From Otariodibacter oris (GTDB lineage: Bacteria > Pseudomonadota > Gammaproteobacteria > Enterobacterales > Pasteurellaceae): 32,000 nt of DNA. The position numbers and the translations under genes were made by a program. This document shows, one piece after another, positions 1 to 9,863 of this stretch. The stretch is from positions 293,262 through 325,261 of the forward strand of contig NZ_CP016604.1 in assembly GCF_009684715.1 (NCBI RefSeq), read 5' to 3'. The notes below the pieces were generated by a model. It was not told where the DNA came from, searched no databases, and worked only from the letters and a program-made list of their open reading frames with translations. Numbering within the stretch: the first letter of the stretch is position 1; the number at the start of each line of letters is the position of its first letter.

Positions 1-1
1 C

Positions 2-697
2 GGTGCCGTATTGGGTACAGAGTTCACGCAAGCCTTGTAAGAATCCTTCTTTTGGCGGAATACAGTTCATATTGCCCGCTACGGGTTCAATAATTAAGCA
101 TGCAATTTCATTTGGATATTGTTCAAAGGCTTGTTTTACTGATTCAAGATTATTGTATTCGCAAGTGAGCGTATGTTTAGCAAAGTCGGTAGGCACACCC
201 GGAGAGCTTGGTTGCCCTAGGGTTAATGCACCTGAACCTGCTTTAACTAATAATGAATCGGAGTGTCCGTGATAACACCCTTCAAATTTGATGATTTTAT
301 CTCGTTGAGTATAACCTCGAGCAAGACGAATTGCCGACATAGTGGCTTCAGTACCTGAGCTCACCATTCTGACCATTTCGATTGAGGGGACAAGCTTACA
401 AACGAGTTCGGCTAATTCAATTTCGATAGCAGTAGGTGCGCCAAAACTTAATCCATTGGGTACAGCTTTTAGCACGGCATCAATGATTACAGGATGATTA
501 TGCCCTAATACCATTGGTCCCCAAGAACCCACATAATCGATATAGCGTTTCCCTTCACTATCAGTAATGTATGCACCTTGAGCTTTTTCTATAAAGACAG
601 GTGTTCCTCCTACACCTTTAAATGCTCTAACAGGGGAGTTTACGCCACCAGGTATAACTTTTTGTGCTTTTTCAAAAAGTGAGAGAGATGATGTCAT
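2..697 (-). CDS. hemL: glutamate-1-semialdehyde 2,1-aminomutase, N-terminal 232 codons (gene continues past the left edge)
   Basis: Reverse translation from ATG at 697-695 gives [69 protein letters not shown]... and stays open to base 2 (...[22 protein letters not shown]). It matches the E. coli HemL pattern [26 protein letters not shown]...[20 protein letters not shown] aggaaa lies 6 nt upstream. Absent from the ORF track because it is open-ended. Confidence 0.9.
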   Translation of the reverse strand, partial: MTSSLSLFEKAQKVIPGGVNSPVRAFKGVGGTPVFIEKAQGAYITDSEGKRYIDYVGSWGPMVLGHNHPVIIDAVLKAVPNGLSFGAPTAIEIELAELVCKLVPSIEMVRMVSSGTEATMSAIRLARGYTQRDKIIKFEGCYHGHSDSLLVKAGSGALTLGQPSSPGVPTDFAKHTLTCEYNNLESVKQAFEQYPNEIACLIIEPVAGNMNCIPPKEGFLQGLRELCTQYGT

Positions 698-837
698 GAA
701 TTGTTTCCTTTCTTGCTATTAATAGTAAATATTGTACTTTAAACAGGAATATGCAGTGAAAAAAATTGAGAGTTTTGTTGATTATGTTATGCTTTCAACT
801 ATTTTCATAAGTCATTTATAAGGATGAAACCTAGTCT

Positions 838-1902
838 ATGTGGCTCACATTTCTTGTTGTATTTATTACATCCTTTGTTGTATTAATTGTAATGCGACCA
901 GTGGCGGAGTGGGTAGGTTTAGTGGATAAACCGAATTTTAGAAAACGCCACCAAGGAGTAATCCCTTTAATTGGCGGTATTGCGTTATTTTTAGGAAATT
1001 TAGCATTTTATTTGATGCAATGGGAACAGATGAGGTTTCCTTTACTCTATTTAAGTGCGGTAACTATTTTGTTGATCATTGGCGTGCTAGATGATCGTTT
1101 TGATATTAGCCCATTATTACGAGCAAGTATTCAAGCTGGTCTAGCAGGGGCAATGATATATAGTGGGCTTTCTATTGCGAGTTTAGGTCAATTAATCGCA
1201 CCATTTAGTTTAGAGTTAGGTACAATTGGTGTTGTACTGACAGTCTTTATCACTATTGCCATTATTAATGCTTTTAATATGATTGATGGCATAGATGGTC
1301 TACTGGCGGGATTATCAAGTGTCAGTTTTGCAGGTATAGGTACACTTATGTGGTTAGATGAGCAATATACATTAGCCTATTGGTGTTTTAGTATTATTTT
1401 TGTTTTGTTACCTTATGCGATGTTTAATCTCAGTCTGTTTGGTGCAAAATGGAAAGTTTTTATGGGCGATTCTGGCAGTACTTTGATTGGTTTTACAATA
1501 ATTTGGATTTTATTGTTGAGTACTCAAGGACAAGGGCATGCTATCAGTCCAATTACTGGATTATGGTTAATTGCTGTTCCTCTGATCGATATGGTCGCAA
1601 TTATTTTTAGGCGTTTAAAGAAAGGAAAGAGTCCATTTAGACCAGATCGTTTACACATTCATCATTTAATGATGAGAGCAGGGCTAACATCAAGACAGGC
1701 TTTGGTTGTTATTACGTTAGGTTCTGCTATATGTACTACAATAGGAGTGTTGGGAGAAGTATATTATTGGAATCAATGGGTAATGTTTATTGGTTTCATT
1801 ATATTATTCTTTTTATATTCTTATTCAATTGTACATGCATGGCGAATCACGCGTTTTATACGTCGGTATAAACGCAGAATTAGAAAAAACAAATCTAAAT
1901 AG
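838..1902 (+). CDS. wecA: undecaprenyl-phosphate GlcNAc-1-phosphate transferase (ECA/O-antigen initiating enzyme)
   Basis: 354 aa polytopic membrane protein. Motifs VGLVDKPNFRKRHQG, LDDRFDIS, NAFNMIDGIDGL, FMGDSGSTLIGF and DRLHIHHLMMRAG are collinear with E. coli WecA. An in-frame TAG at 832-834 fixes 838 as the first possible start. Confidence 0.95.
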   Translation: MWLTFLVVFITSFVVLIVMRPVAEWVGLVDKPNFRKRHQGVIPLIGGIALFLGNLAFYLMQWEQMRFPLLYLSAVTILLIIGVLDDRFDISPLLRASIQAGLAGAMIYSGLSIASLGQLIAPFSLELGTIGVVLTVFITIAIINAFNMIDGIDGLLAGLSSVSFAGIGTLMWLDEQYTLAYWCFSIIFVLLPYAMFNLSLFGAKWKVFMGDSGSTLIGFTIIWILLLSTQGQGHAISPITGLWLIAVPLIDMVAIIFRRLKKGKSPFRPDRLHIHHLMMRAGLTSRQALVVITLGSAICTTIGVLGEVYYWNQWVMFIGFIILFFLYSYSIVHAWRITRFIRRYKRRIRKNKSK

Positions 1903-1913
1903 AGAATTGATTT

Positions 1914-2747
1914 ATGACAGAGCAACAAACAACACATCAACCGAGAAGTAGAGTCGCTATTTTTTTTCGTAGTTTATTTTTACTGATCTTATTCATCATC
2001 ATTGGTGGCGGCATTGGTTGGGGAATTGCAGCAACTCAACCAGTTCAATGGAAAGTAACAGCTAAATTTGAGCCACCTAAAGTGGTAAATTTGGGCAATT
2101 ATTATGATTTAGCAAGTACTTATTTATTGTTGCAAGGAAGTTCAGTTAGTTTGGAATTAGTTGATAAGATGCTGGGTGATGAAAGTTATAGCGAGTTTAA
2201 GCGTAGCTTAACTTCATCTGATATTTTGCAACAATTTTTACTTCAAAATGAGAGTGTGAATAAGTTAGCTAAAGATCATAAGGCCTCAATTGAAGCAATG
2301 GCACAAGAGTTGATCGGTAAGTTTCAATTTAAAGAAAAAGAGAATACCGTATCTTTCTTATTTGATGATGCTGAACTAGCATTCCAAATATTAAATGAAT
2401 ACATCCAATTTGTGACAATTCAAACTCGTTCTGTGTTAAATGGAGAATTAATTGCAAAATGGCGAGTATTATTCCAACAAGTGAAACTGGCTTCAGAGAC
2501 AAATTTAGGGCCAATTCAACAAGGAACTCAAGTGGCTCAACAAGATTGGTCTGGTAAATTAACGTTGATGCGTTCAGTCCAACCTCTTGATGATCAATTG
2601 GTGCCGTATCGTTTTGTACAAAGTCCAATGACACCTTCTTCTCCTTATTCACCAGATAAACTGTTATGGGCTATAATTGGGGCATTAGGTGGATTATTAT
2701 TTGGGTTATTTGTTATTTCCATTTCTAGTTTTTTTCGTCAACGTTAA
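1914..2747 (+). CDS. wzzE: ECA polysaccharide co-polymerase (chain length regulator), short form
   Basis: 277 aa with PCP-1 topology: N-terminal TM ([24 protein letters not shown]) and C-terminal TM ([25 protein letters not shown]). Position between wecA and wecB matches E. coli. Weak collinear similarity to E. coli WzzE (W..TA....P.V..LG.YY; L..Y..F......S.LN.EL...W). Confidence 0.75.
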   Translation: MTEQQTTHQPRSRVAIFFRSLFLLILFIIIGGGIGWGIAATQPVQWKVTAKFEPPKVVNLGNYYDLASTYLLLQGSSVSLELVDKMLGDESYSEFKRSLTSSDILQQFLLQNESVNKLAKDHKASIEAMAQELIGKFQFKEKENTVSFLFDDAELAFQILNEYIQFVTIQTRSVLNGELIAKWRVLFQQVKLASETNLGPIQQGTQVAQQDWSGKLTLMRSVQPLDDQLVPYRFVQSPMTPSSPYSPDKLLWAIIGALGGLLFGLFVISISSFFRQR

Positions 2748-3886
2748 TGAATCATAAAATTAGAGTTCTAATTGTTTTTGGGACTCGGCCAGAAGCAATA
2801 AAGATGGCACCCGTAGCAAAACTGCTCAGGCAATATGATGGATTTGAAACAAAAATCTGTGTTACTGGACAACATCGCCAAATGTTGGATCAAGTATTAA
2901 GCTTATTTGAGCTTTCCCCAGACTTTGATCTAGACATTATGAAAAAAGGACAGGATCTATCTGATATTACTGCCCAGATTTTATGTGATTTGAAAATTGT
3001 GTTAACTGAATTTAATCCAGATTTAGTTTTGGTTCATGGTGATACCACCACAACTTTTGCTACAACCTTAGCCTGTTATTATCAACAAATTCCCGTTGGT
3101 CATATTGAGGCGGGATTACGCACAGGGGATTTATATTCCCCGTATCCAGAAGAGGCCAATCGCCGTTTAACAAGTGTATTAGCCAAATACCATTTTGCTC
3201 CAACAGAGAGTGCAAAACAGAATTTACTTGCAGAAGGAAGAGTCGAAGATAATATTTGGGTAACAGGCAATACTGTGATTGATGCTTTGTTTTCTGTTTT
3301 ACAAAAAATCCAAGATAACGAACCGCTTGCACAAAAATTAGCAGGACACTATTCGTTTTTAGATGAAAATAAACGAATAATTTTAGTGACTGGGCATCGT
3401 CGGGAAAGTTTTGGACAAGGTTTTGAGCAGATTTGTTTAGCTTTAGCTAAGATTGCGAAAGATCATCCTGATGTACAAATTGTTTATCCCGTTCATTTGA
3501 ACCCAAATGTGCTAGAGCCTGTTAAACGTTTATTATCCAACATTGATAATGTGTTTTTAATTGAACCGCAAGGATACCTTGCTTTTACCTACCTGATGAA
3601 TAAAGCTTACCTGATTTTAACAGACTCAGGCGGGATTCAAGAAGAAGCACCATCTTTAGGTAAACCCGTATTAGTCATGCGAGAAACGACCGAAAGACCT
3701 GAGGCGATAGAAATAGGAACGGTAAAACTTGTCGGTACTGATACTGATGAAATTATTCGTGCAGTAAACCTATTATTAGACAATGGCGAAGTGTATCAAT
3801 CAATGAGCCAAGCGAATAATCCTTATGGTGATGGGCAAGCAGCTCAGCGAATTGTGGAAATTATTAGAGGGTTATTTAGTAAATAA
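2747..3886 (+). CDS. wecB: UDP-N-acetylglucosamine 2-epimerase
   Basis: 379 aa. The pattern [20 protein letters not shown]...[11 protein letters not shown]...VHGDTTTT...HIEAGLRT...PEE.NR...[27 protein letters not shown] is typical of WecB/MnaA. The TAATG start overlaps the wzzE stop. Confidence 0.95.
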   Translation: MNHKIRVLIVFGTRPEAIKMAPVAKLLRQYDGFETKICVTGQHRQMLDQVLSLFELSPDFDLDIMKKGQDLSDITAQILCDLKIVLTEFNPDLVLVHGDTTTTFATTLACYYQQIPVGHIEAGLRTGDLYSPYPEEANRRLTSVLAKYHFAPTESAKQNLLAEGRVEDNIWVTGNTVIDALFSVLQKIQDNEPLAQKLAGHYSFLDENKRIILVTGHRRESFGQGFEQICLALAKIAKDHPDVQIVYPVHLNPNVLEPVKRLLSNIDNVFLIEPQGYLAFTYLMNKAYLILTDSGGIQEEAPSLGKPVLVMRETTERPEAIEIGTVKLVGTDTDEIIRAVNLLLDNGEVYQSMSQANNPYGDGQAAQRIVEIIRGLFSK

Positions 3887-3887
3887 T

Positions 3888-5168
3888 ATGTCAGCATTTA
3901 ATACGATTTCAGTGATTGGACTAGGCTATATTGGCTTGCCTACTTCAATAGCGTTTACTCAGTCAGGCAAAAAAGTGATTGGTGTCGATATTAATCACTA
4001 TATTGTGGATGAGTTAAACCAAGGCAGAGTGCATATTGAAGAACCTAAATTGCCAGAAATGGTACAACAAGCGGTTCGATCACAGTCATTTTTTGCAACG
4101 ACAAATGTTCAAGAATCTGATGCTTTTATTATTGCTGTACCCACCCCTTTTGATTCTCAGCGTCAACCTGATTTAAGTTATATTCAATCAGCTATTCAGT
4201 CGATAGCCCCTTTACTCAAAAAGGGAAATTTAGTTGTTTTAGAATCCACTTCCCCCGTAGGTACAACGGAAAAAATTGCTCACTGGTTGCAAGATTTACG
4301 TCCAGATTTAGCTTTCCCTGCTTCGACCCAAAATACTGAACAAGCCGTCGATATTCACATTGCCCATTGTCCTGAAAGAGTGTTACCGGGAAAGATTATG
4401 ACCGAGCTGTTTGAGAATGATCGCATTATCGGCGGATTAACACCTGAATGTACTCAACAAGCGGTCAGTTTGTATCAACTTTTTGTAAAAGGGGAATGTG
4501 TTACAACGGATGCTCGTACCGCAGAAATGTGTAAGCTGACAGAAAATAGTTTTCGTGATGTGAATATTGCTTTTGCCAATGAATTATCGCTGATTTGTGA
4601 TCGGCTAGGGATCAATGTGTGGGAATTAATTCGTTTAGCGAATCGTCATCCTCGAGTCAATATTTTACAACCGGGAGCGGGTGTAGGCGGACATTGCATT
4701 GCCGTGGATCCGTGGTTTATTGTGGCGCAAGCACCAGAGCAAGCTCAACTGATTAAAATGGCAAGGGCAGTGAATGATAATAAGCCACAATGGGTGATTG
4801 AAAAAGTAAAAACCGCTTTGGCGGATTGTGTTGTCAGTCGCAATACGAAACCGAGTGAAATCAAAATTGCTTGCTTGGGTTTAGCATTTAAAGCAGATGT
4901 GGACGATTTGAGAGAAAGTCCCGCTTTAGCGATTACAGAACAATTAGCAGAATGGCATACGGGAACGATTTTGGCGGTAGAGCCTCATGTTCAGCAATTG
5001 CCCGCAACCCTAAAGCAGAAAGTGCAATTTGTGGATTTTAAACAGGCGCTTTTGGATGCAGATATTTTGGTATTATTGGTTGATCACTCGGAATTTAAGT
5101 CAGTTACAAGAGAACAATTAACACAACAATGGATTGTTGATACTCGAGGAGTATGGTCAAACAAATGA
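3888..5168 (+). CDS. wecC: UDP-N-acetyl-D-mannosamine dehydrogenase
   Basis: The track ORF opens at 3825, but ATG 3888 (MSAFNTISVIGLGYIGLPTS, Rossmann GxGxxG at the N-terminus) lies 1 nt after the wecB stop and gives the expected length (426 aa). It is a UDP-sugar 6-dehydrogenase family member with the catalytic Cys context GVGGHCIAVDP. Confidence 0.93.
   Translation: MSAFNTISVIGLGYIGLPTSIAFTQSGKKVIGVDINHYIVDELNQGRVHIEEPKLPEMVQQAVRSQSFFATTNVQESDAFIIAVPTPFDSQRQPDLSYIQSAIQSIAPLLKKGNLVVLESTSPVGTTEKIAHWLQDLRPDLAFPASTQNTEQAVDIHIAHCPERVLPGKIMTELFENDRIIGGLTPECTQQAVSLYQLFVKGECVTTDARTAEMCKLTENSFRDVNIAFANELSLICDRLGINVWELIRLANRHPRVNILQPGAGVGGHCIAVDPWFIVAQAPEQAQLIKMARAVNDNKPQWVIEKVKTALADCVVSRNTKPSEIKIACLGLAFKADVDDLRESPALAITEQLAEWHTGTILAVEPHVQQLPATLKQKVQFVDFKQALLDADILVLLVDHSEFKSVTREQLTQQWIVDTRGVWSNK
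4067..4075 (+). repeat. Apl-type uptake signal sequence core ACAAGCGGT
   Basis: Exact 9-mer, inside wecC. Confidence 0.7.
4457..4466 (+). repeat. Apl-type uptake signal sequence ACAAGCGGTC
   Basis: Exact 10-mer, inside wecC. Confidence 0.75.
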
Positions 5169-5860
5169 ATCCAATAATTAGCTTGAACGAATGGGAATCT
5201 CAATTCTTTAAACGTAAGATCGGAACAGTGGTTTTCGACCGTTCTGCTGTGATGGATGCAATATTTTCTGCTCAAGATTATGATCTAATTACTGCAAAAG
5301 TATCCACTGATACGATAGACCAAATAGACTGGTTACAACAAAATGAATTTGAATTAGTCGAGGGGAGTGTTGAATTTTCGTTAGATCTTGCAAATTATCG
5401 TGGTGATCTTACCGCTTGTTATCGAGCTGAACCACAAGATCTGGCAAGCCTTTCTCCATTATTTTCGACTGCTTTCCCCCATAGCCGTTTTCGTCCGCCT
5501 TATTTTTTAGAAGAAGAAAATCAACGCTTTTATCATCAATGGATAAGGAATTCGCTCTCAGGAGAATTTGATGATCTGTGTTTAGTTGAAAGAGATGAAA
5601 AGCAAAACATAATCGGCGGAGTGAGTTTACGGATTAGAGAACAAACAGCCCAAATCGGATTATTAGCCGTGAATGCTCATTGTCGAGGAAAAGGCATAGG
5701 TAAAAAATTAATGCAACAATCGATAAGTTGGGCGATTGCTCAGCAAGCAACACAGCTAAAAATTGTGACACAATTGAGTAACCTTGCAGGCATCCAACTT
5801 TATCAATCCTTTCAGGCAAAAATCACACAAACACATTATTGGTTTTATCGACAATGCTAA
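5165..5860 (+). CDS. wecD: dTDP-fucosamine (dTDP-4-amino-4,6-dideoxygalactose) N-acetyltransferase
   Basis: GNAT protein collinear with E. coli WecD/RffC (L.EWE..FF, AFP.SRFR.P.....E..RFY..WI.N...G.FD, IGLLAV, TQ..N..A..LY...G). I prefer ATG 5165, which forms an ATGA overlap with the wecC stop. ATG 5153 is possible and would add 4 aa. Confidence 0.85.
   Translation: MNPIISLNEWESQFFKRKIGTVVFDRSAVMDAIFSAQDYDLITAKVSTDTIDQIDWLQQNEFELVEGSVEFSLDLANYRGDLTACYRAEPQDLASLSPLFSTAFPHSRFRPPYFLEEENQRFYHQWIRNSLSGEFDDLCLVERDEKQNIIGGVSLRIREQTAQIGLLAVNAHCRGKGIGKKLMQQSISWAIAQQATQLKIVTQLSNLAGIQLYQSFQAKITQTHYWFYRQC
5411..5419 (-). repeat. Apl-type uptake signal sequence core (ACCGCTTGT on the + strand)
   Basis: Exact 9-mer, inside wecD. 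The 20-nt context tggtgatcttaccgcttgtt recurs with one mismatch at 22381-22400. Confidence 0.7.
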
Positions 5861-6996
5861 CAATTCCTTTTAATAAACCGCCTATCGTGGGAACAGAGTT
5901 GGATTATATTCAGCAAGCAATGCAAACCGATAAATTATCGGGTGATGGTCAATTTACCCGATTATGTGAGCAATGGTTTGAACAGCAATTCGGCTCGTTA
6001 AAGGTATTACTTACCCCATCTTGTACCGCAGCTTTAGAAATGGCAGCAATTTTGCTCGATATTCAAGCGGGCGATGAAGTGATTATGCCAAGTTATACCT
6101 TTGTTTCCACGGCGAATGCTTTTGTGTTGCGAGGGGCAAAGATTGTCTTTGTTGATGTTCGTCCTGATACGATGAATATTGATGAAACGAAAATTGAGCA
6201 AGCAATTACATCAAACACAAAAGCGATTGTCCCTGTTCATTATGCAGGGGTTGCTTGTGAAATGGATACGATTATGGCGATTGCTCAACGACATAATCTT
6301 TGGGTCATTGAAGATGCGGCTCAAGGGGTAATGGCAAGTTATAATAAACGAAAACTCGGCACGATCGGACATATCGGGTGTTATAGTTTTCACGAAACCA
6401 AAAATTATACCTCTGGCGGAGAGGGCGGTGCGATTTTAATTAATCAGCGAGAGCTAGTGGAACGAGCCGAAATCATCCGAGAAAAAGGCACGAATCGCCA
6501 CCAGTTTTTCCGCGGGCAAGTGGATAAATACACTTGGCGTGATATTGGCTCAAGTTTTCTAATGTCAGAATTACAAGCGGCTTACCTTTACGCTCAATTG
6601 CTTCAAGCTGAAAAAATTAATCAAAAGCGTTTAGCCATTTGGAATCGCTATTACAATGCCTTTTTGTCTGTAGCTAATAAAGGGCGTGTAGAAATTCCGC
6701 ATATTCCAAATCAGTGTGAGCATAATGCCCATCTTTTCTTTTTGAAATTACGAAATACGCAAGATCGAGCAACTTTTATTCAGAAAATGAAAGAGCAGGG
6801 TATTTTGACTGTATTTCACTATATTCCATTACATTCTAGCCCTGCGGGAGAAAAGTTCGGTGATTTTAATAGTGAGGATATATTTACTTCTTTAGAAAGC
6901 GAGAGATTAGTTCGATTACCGCTATTTTATAATATGACAGATGATGAATTAGCAAAGATCATCAACACGACGTTATCCATATTAAATGATGAATAA
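5854..6996 (+). CDS. wecE: dTDP-4-amino-4,6-dideoxygalactose transaminase
   Basis: MLTIPFNKPPIVGTELDYIQQAM... has very high collinear identity with E. coli WecE/RffA (IPFN.PP.VGTELDY.Q.AM; VLLTPSCTA.LEMAA.LLDIQ.GDEVIMPSYTFVSTANAFVLRGAKIVFVDVRPDTMNIDET; FHETKNYT.GGEGGA; EKGTNR.QFFRGQVDKYTWRDIGSS). ATG 5854 overlaps the wecD stop. The track start at 5839 adds 5 aa that E. coli lacks. Confidence 0.95.
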   Translation: MLTIPFNKPPIVGTELDYIQQAMQTDKLSGDGQFTRLCEQWFEQQFGSLKVLLTPSCTAALEMAAILLDIQAGDEVIMPSYTFVSTANAFVLRGAKIVFVDVRPDTMNIDETKIEQAITSNTKAIVPVHYAGVACEMDTIMAIAQRHNLWVIEDAAQGVMASYNKRKLGTIGHIGCYSFHETKNYTSGGEGGAILINQRELVERAEIIREKGTNRHQFFRGQVDKYTWRDIGSSFLMSELQAAYLYAQLLQAEKINQKRLAIWNRYYNAFLSVANKGRVEIPHIPNQCEHNAHLFFLKLRNTQDRATFIQKMKEQGILTVFHYIPLHSSPAGEKFGDFNSEDIFTSLESERLVRLPLFYNMTDDELAKIINTTLSILNDE

Positions 6997-8254
6997 GTTA
7001 GCGAATACAACCCTTTGGATATTCAGTGCAACGGCAATCAAAATGGTTGTTGGGCTTGCGATGATTAAGCTATTTACGCTGAAATTTGGTACAGAAGGGT
7101 TAGGTTTAGCTGCTAATTTTATGACGTTTTTAACAGTTCTGGGTGTGTTATCGGGGGCGGGGATTTTTAATGGGGTTACAAAATTTGTCGCATCTTTCGA
7201 GAATAATCCCCAAAAACTATCGGAAACCCTTTCTACTGCAAGTTGGATCATTCTGTCATTTTCAATTTTTTTACTGGTTGTCTTAACGATTTTTGCTAGT
7301 GAAATTAGCCAATGGCTTTTTTATTCGGATGAATATCAAATCGTTATTCTCTATATTGCCATTATTCAAATCGTACTCGCTATTGGCTACTACTTTTCCG
7401 CAATTTTAAAAGGCTTTCAAGATGCGAAAGGTAATGCAGTTAGTCTCATTATTAGTGCTGTTTTAGGCTTGGTGCTTTTCCTTGGGTTACTGTTTTGGGG
7501 AAATTATAACAGTGCGGTAATTGGGCTTGCAGTTGTTCCTTTGTTTGTTGCAATCCCTGCTGGTGTTTTTTTAAAACCTATCTTTAAGCAATTATTGCCC
7601 CATTCTTTCTCTATTTCTTTAGCGAAACAATTACTAAAATATAGCGTAATGGTGCTGATTACTGCGATTACTATTCCCTTAGCTTACTTCTTCTTGCGTG
7701 ATTTACTTTTCCAATATCATTCCTTACAAGCGGTCGGTTTGTGGCAAGGAATGACAAAAATTTCCGATGCCTATTTACAATTTATTACTGCCATTTTTTC
7801 GGTTTACTTGCTACCTATATTTGCTAAATCAAAAACCAAAAAGGTAATTAAACAGCAAGTAAAAAGTATGTTAGTGAAAGTCAGTATTGCAATGATTGGT
7901 TTATCAATACTGATTTATGTATGTAGATCGTGGATTATTTTATTACTCTATTCTGCCGAGTTTTCATCGATTGAAAGTTTGTTTAGTTGGCAATTAGTGG
8001 GCGATTTTTTTAAGGTGTTAAGCTATATCTTTGGTTATTTAATTGTGGCTAAAACTGCACTAAAACTTTATGTGTTGGCGGAAATTTTTCAATTGGCGTT
8101 ATTATTATTGTTTGGCTATTTCTTTATTCCAAATGGGGCAGAATTAGGGGCAACACAAGCTTACGGCTTAACCTATTTTTGCTATTTTGTCTGTTGTTGT
8201 GTAGGCTTTTATGTGTATCAACGGAGAGGAAATGTGGGGAGTGAAACAGTATGA
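6986..8254 (+). CDS. wzxE: ECA lipid III flippase (MOP/Wzx family)
   Basis: 422 aa polytopic protein collinear with E. coli WzxE (G.EGLGLAANF....TVLGVL.GAGIFNGVTK.VA; GF.DA.GNA.SLI; W.G...ISDAYLQFITA.FSVYLLP; F.WQLVGD..KV..Y.FGYL.IAK..L..Y.LAE). The start overlaps the wecE stop. Confidence 0.9.
   Translation: MMNKLANTTLWIFSATAIKMVVGLAMIKLFTLKFGTEGLGLAANFMTFLTVLGVLSGAGIFNGVTKFVASFENNPQKLSETLSTASWIILSFSIFLLVVLTIFASEISQWLFYSDEYQIVILYIAIIQIVLAIGYYFSAILKGFQDAKGNAVSLIISAVLGLVLFLGLLFWGNYNSAVIGLAVVPLFVAIPAGVFLKPIFKQLLPHSFSISLAKQLLKYSVMVLITAITIPLAYFFLRDLLFQYHSLQAVGLWQGMTKISDAYLQFITAIFSVYLLPIFAKSKTKKVIKQQVKSMLVKVSIAMIGLSILIYVCRSWIILLLYSAEFSSIESLFSWQLVGDFFKVLSYIFGYLIVAKTALKLYVLAEIFQLALLLLFGYFFIPNGAELGATQAYGLTYFCYFVCCCVGFYVYQRRGNVGSETV
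7726..7735 (+). repeat. Apl-type uptake signal sequence ACAAGCGGTC
   Basis: Exact 10-mer, inside wzxE. Confidence 0.75.
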
Positions 8255-9354
8255 CAATGATTTATCATATTTTAGGTTCAAATATTCCACACCATAATCA
8301 GACTGTTTTAGGTTTTTTCCAAAATGAATTATTACCTAAATTCTTACCTAAAGAGGAGTCCAAAAATCATCAGTTTTGGGTGGTTGGGGAAAGTTCATTA
8401 CAAACAGATTATCCTCATTTAGCGTTGAAATATTTTTCGACTAAAAAGCAGATTGCTAACGAATTGATACAGTTAGCTAAAAGTGAACAAGATTGTTATT
8501 TCTTATTTCACGGACAATTTAATCATTGGATTTGGCTCGCTATTTTGTTTAAGCAGTTACCATCTGATCGTTGCATTTGGCATATTTGGGGGGCTGATTT
8601 GTATGAAGAATCTACTCAATGGCAGTTTAAGCTATTTTATCCTTTGCGTCGTTTCGCTCAAAAGCAGTTATTTCGAATTTGGGGGACATTAGGGGATTTG
8701 AAGTATGCCCACCAAAATTTAAAGCGAAATACAGAATTAGATCGTTTAGTTTATTTCCCTACTCGTTTACCTTCAGAAACGTTGCCATCAACAATATTAC
8801 CTTGTGAACAATCAGCTAAGCGTGATAGAAAACTCACTATCTTAGTGGGTAATTCGGGTGATAGTTCAAATCAGCATATTTTAGCCTTACGGCAAATTAA
8901 ACAATCATTGGGATTGGGCGAGCAAATTAAATTGATTCTACCGATGGGCTATCCCGCTAATAATCATCGATATATTGAATTAGTGGAGCAAACCGCAAAT
9001 GAACTTTTCCCGTTGGGTGTTGTAGATATAATTAAAGAGAAAATGGATTTTAACGATTATCTATCACTTTTAGCAAAATGCGATCTAGGTTATTTTAATT
9101 TTAAACGGCAACAAGGCATCGGTACAATTTGCTTGTTAATTCAGGAAAATATCCCTGTAGTTCTTGATCCTCAAAATCCATTTTTGGAGGATATGCAAGC
9201 AAGCGGTATTTCATTTTTAACCACAGATCATTTTAGTGTCGAATTGATCGAAAAGAAACGACAAGACTTAGCCAATATAGATAAAACACGTATTCCATTT
9301 TTCCCATCAAATTATTTGACTCATTGGCTTCATAATTTAGCAGAGTTGGGATAA
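8251..9354 (+). CDS. wecF: TDP-Fuc4NAc:lipid II Fuc4NAc transferase
   Basis: 367 aa collinear with E. coli WecF/RffT (H.LGS.IPHHN.TVL.FF; FHGQFN...WLA.L; WHIWGADLYE; KLFYPLRR.AQK; LVYFPTR; LTILVGNSGD.SN.HI.ALR; PMGYP.NN..YIE.V; CDLGYF.F.RQQGIGT.CLLIQ..IP). ATGA overlap with wzxE. Confidence 0.9.
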   Translation: MTMIYHILGSNIPHHNQTVLGFFQNELLPKFLPKEESKNHQFWVVGESSLQTDYPHLALKYFSTKKQIANELIQLAKSEQDCYFLFHGQFNHWIWLAILFKQLPSDRCIWHIWGADLYEESTQWQFKLFYPLRRFAQKQLFRIWGTLGDLKYAHQNLKRNTELDRLVYFPTRLPSETLPSTILPCEQSAKRDRKLTILVGNSGDSSNQHILALRQIKQSLGLGEQIKLILPMGYPANNHRYIELVEQTANELFPLGVVDIIKEKMDFNDYLSLLAKCDLGYFNFKRQQGIGTICLLIQENIPVVLDPQNPFLEDMQASGISFLTTDHFSVELIEKKRQDLANIDKTRIPFFPSNYLTHWLHNLAELG

Positions 9355-9377
9355 ACATTTTTTACTTAAGGATAATT

Positions 9378-9863
9378 ATGCACTTTAAATCACTTTTTAA
9401 ACCGATTTCACTTTTATTTTTTGCATTGGCACTCATTGCTTGTAGCACAACAGTAACAGATCCTAATATTGGTCGAGAAGATTTTTATCAATATGCGAAA
9501 TGGATGGATAGAATGGAAGTTTCGCTTGCGACTGTTTTGGATGATCAAGTTATGAGCGCTCCAGCAAAAGGAGAACCTTCCCCAGAAGTAAAAGAAACGC
9601 TATCTTTAGCAATGAATCGTCAATTGGATAATAATATTAGTACGCTCAAAGCGTTGAATATTCGTCACGTTGAAGTTAAACAACTTAAAGATATGACGTT
9701 ACATATGCTAACGTTATCTAAACAAATGATGCCATTACTCGCAAAAAAAGGGGCGGAATCTGATCCAAAATTAGCAGCTTTAGAGAAGGAGTTTGATGCA
9801 GAAGAACAAAAAAGCTCAGCTTTATTCAGAACACTTGTACAACGTTTTGGCTTGCCACAGTAA
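9378..9863 (+). CDS. predicted lipoprotein of unknown function embedded in the ECA cluster
   Basis: 161 aa. The signal peptide MHFKSLFKPISLLFFALALIAC carries lipobox L-I-A-C, with Ser at +2. SD aagga at 9368-9372. Same strand as its neighbours, 23 nt after wecF and 47 nt before wzyE. The mature part is charged and Leu/Lys/Glu/Met-rich and looks helical. I recognise no family. Confidence 0.7.
   Translation: MHFKSLFKPISLLFFALALIACSTTVTDPNIGREDFYQYAKWMDRMEVSLATVLDDQVMSAPAKGEPSPEVKETLSLAMNRQLDNNISTLKALNIRHVEVKQLKDMTLHMLTLSKQMMPLLAKKGAESDPKLAALEKEFDAEEQKSSALFRTLVQRFGLPQ

Noticed and set aside
3-272. 89-aa + strand ORF at the left edge
   Set aside because: It is antisense to the clearly recognisable hemL frame on the minus strand. 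It has no SD and no recognisable family.
1053-1061. Single H. influenzae-type USS core AAGTGCGGT in wecA
   Set aside because: There is only one copy against eight Apl-type copies. That is compatible with chance or a relic and does not indicate Hin-type uptake specificity.
3825-3887. N-terminal extensions proposed by the track (wecC from 3825; also wecD from 5153, wecE from 5839, malP from TTG 24415)
   Set aside because: The downstream starts (3888, 5165, 5854, 24427) fit homologue N-termini, SD spacing or stop-start overlaps better. The wecC extension would overlap wecB by 62 nt.
2329-8692. Short ORFs overlapping wec genes (2329-2652, 3060-3332, 5084-5275, 5634-5819, 6211-6393, 6982-7251 on the minus strand; 8483-8692 on the + strand, out of frame)
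   Set aside because: They are shadow frames within genes that have strong homology-based support. Their translations are low-complexity and lack ribosome-binding sites.
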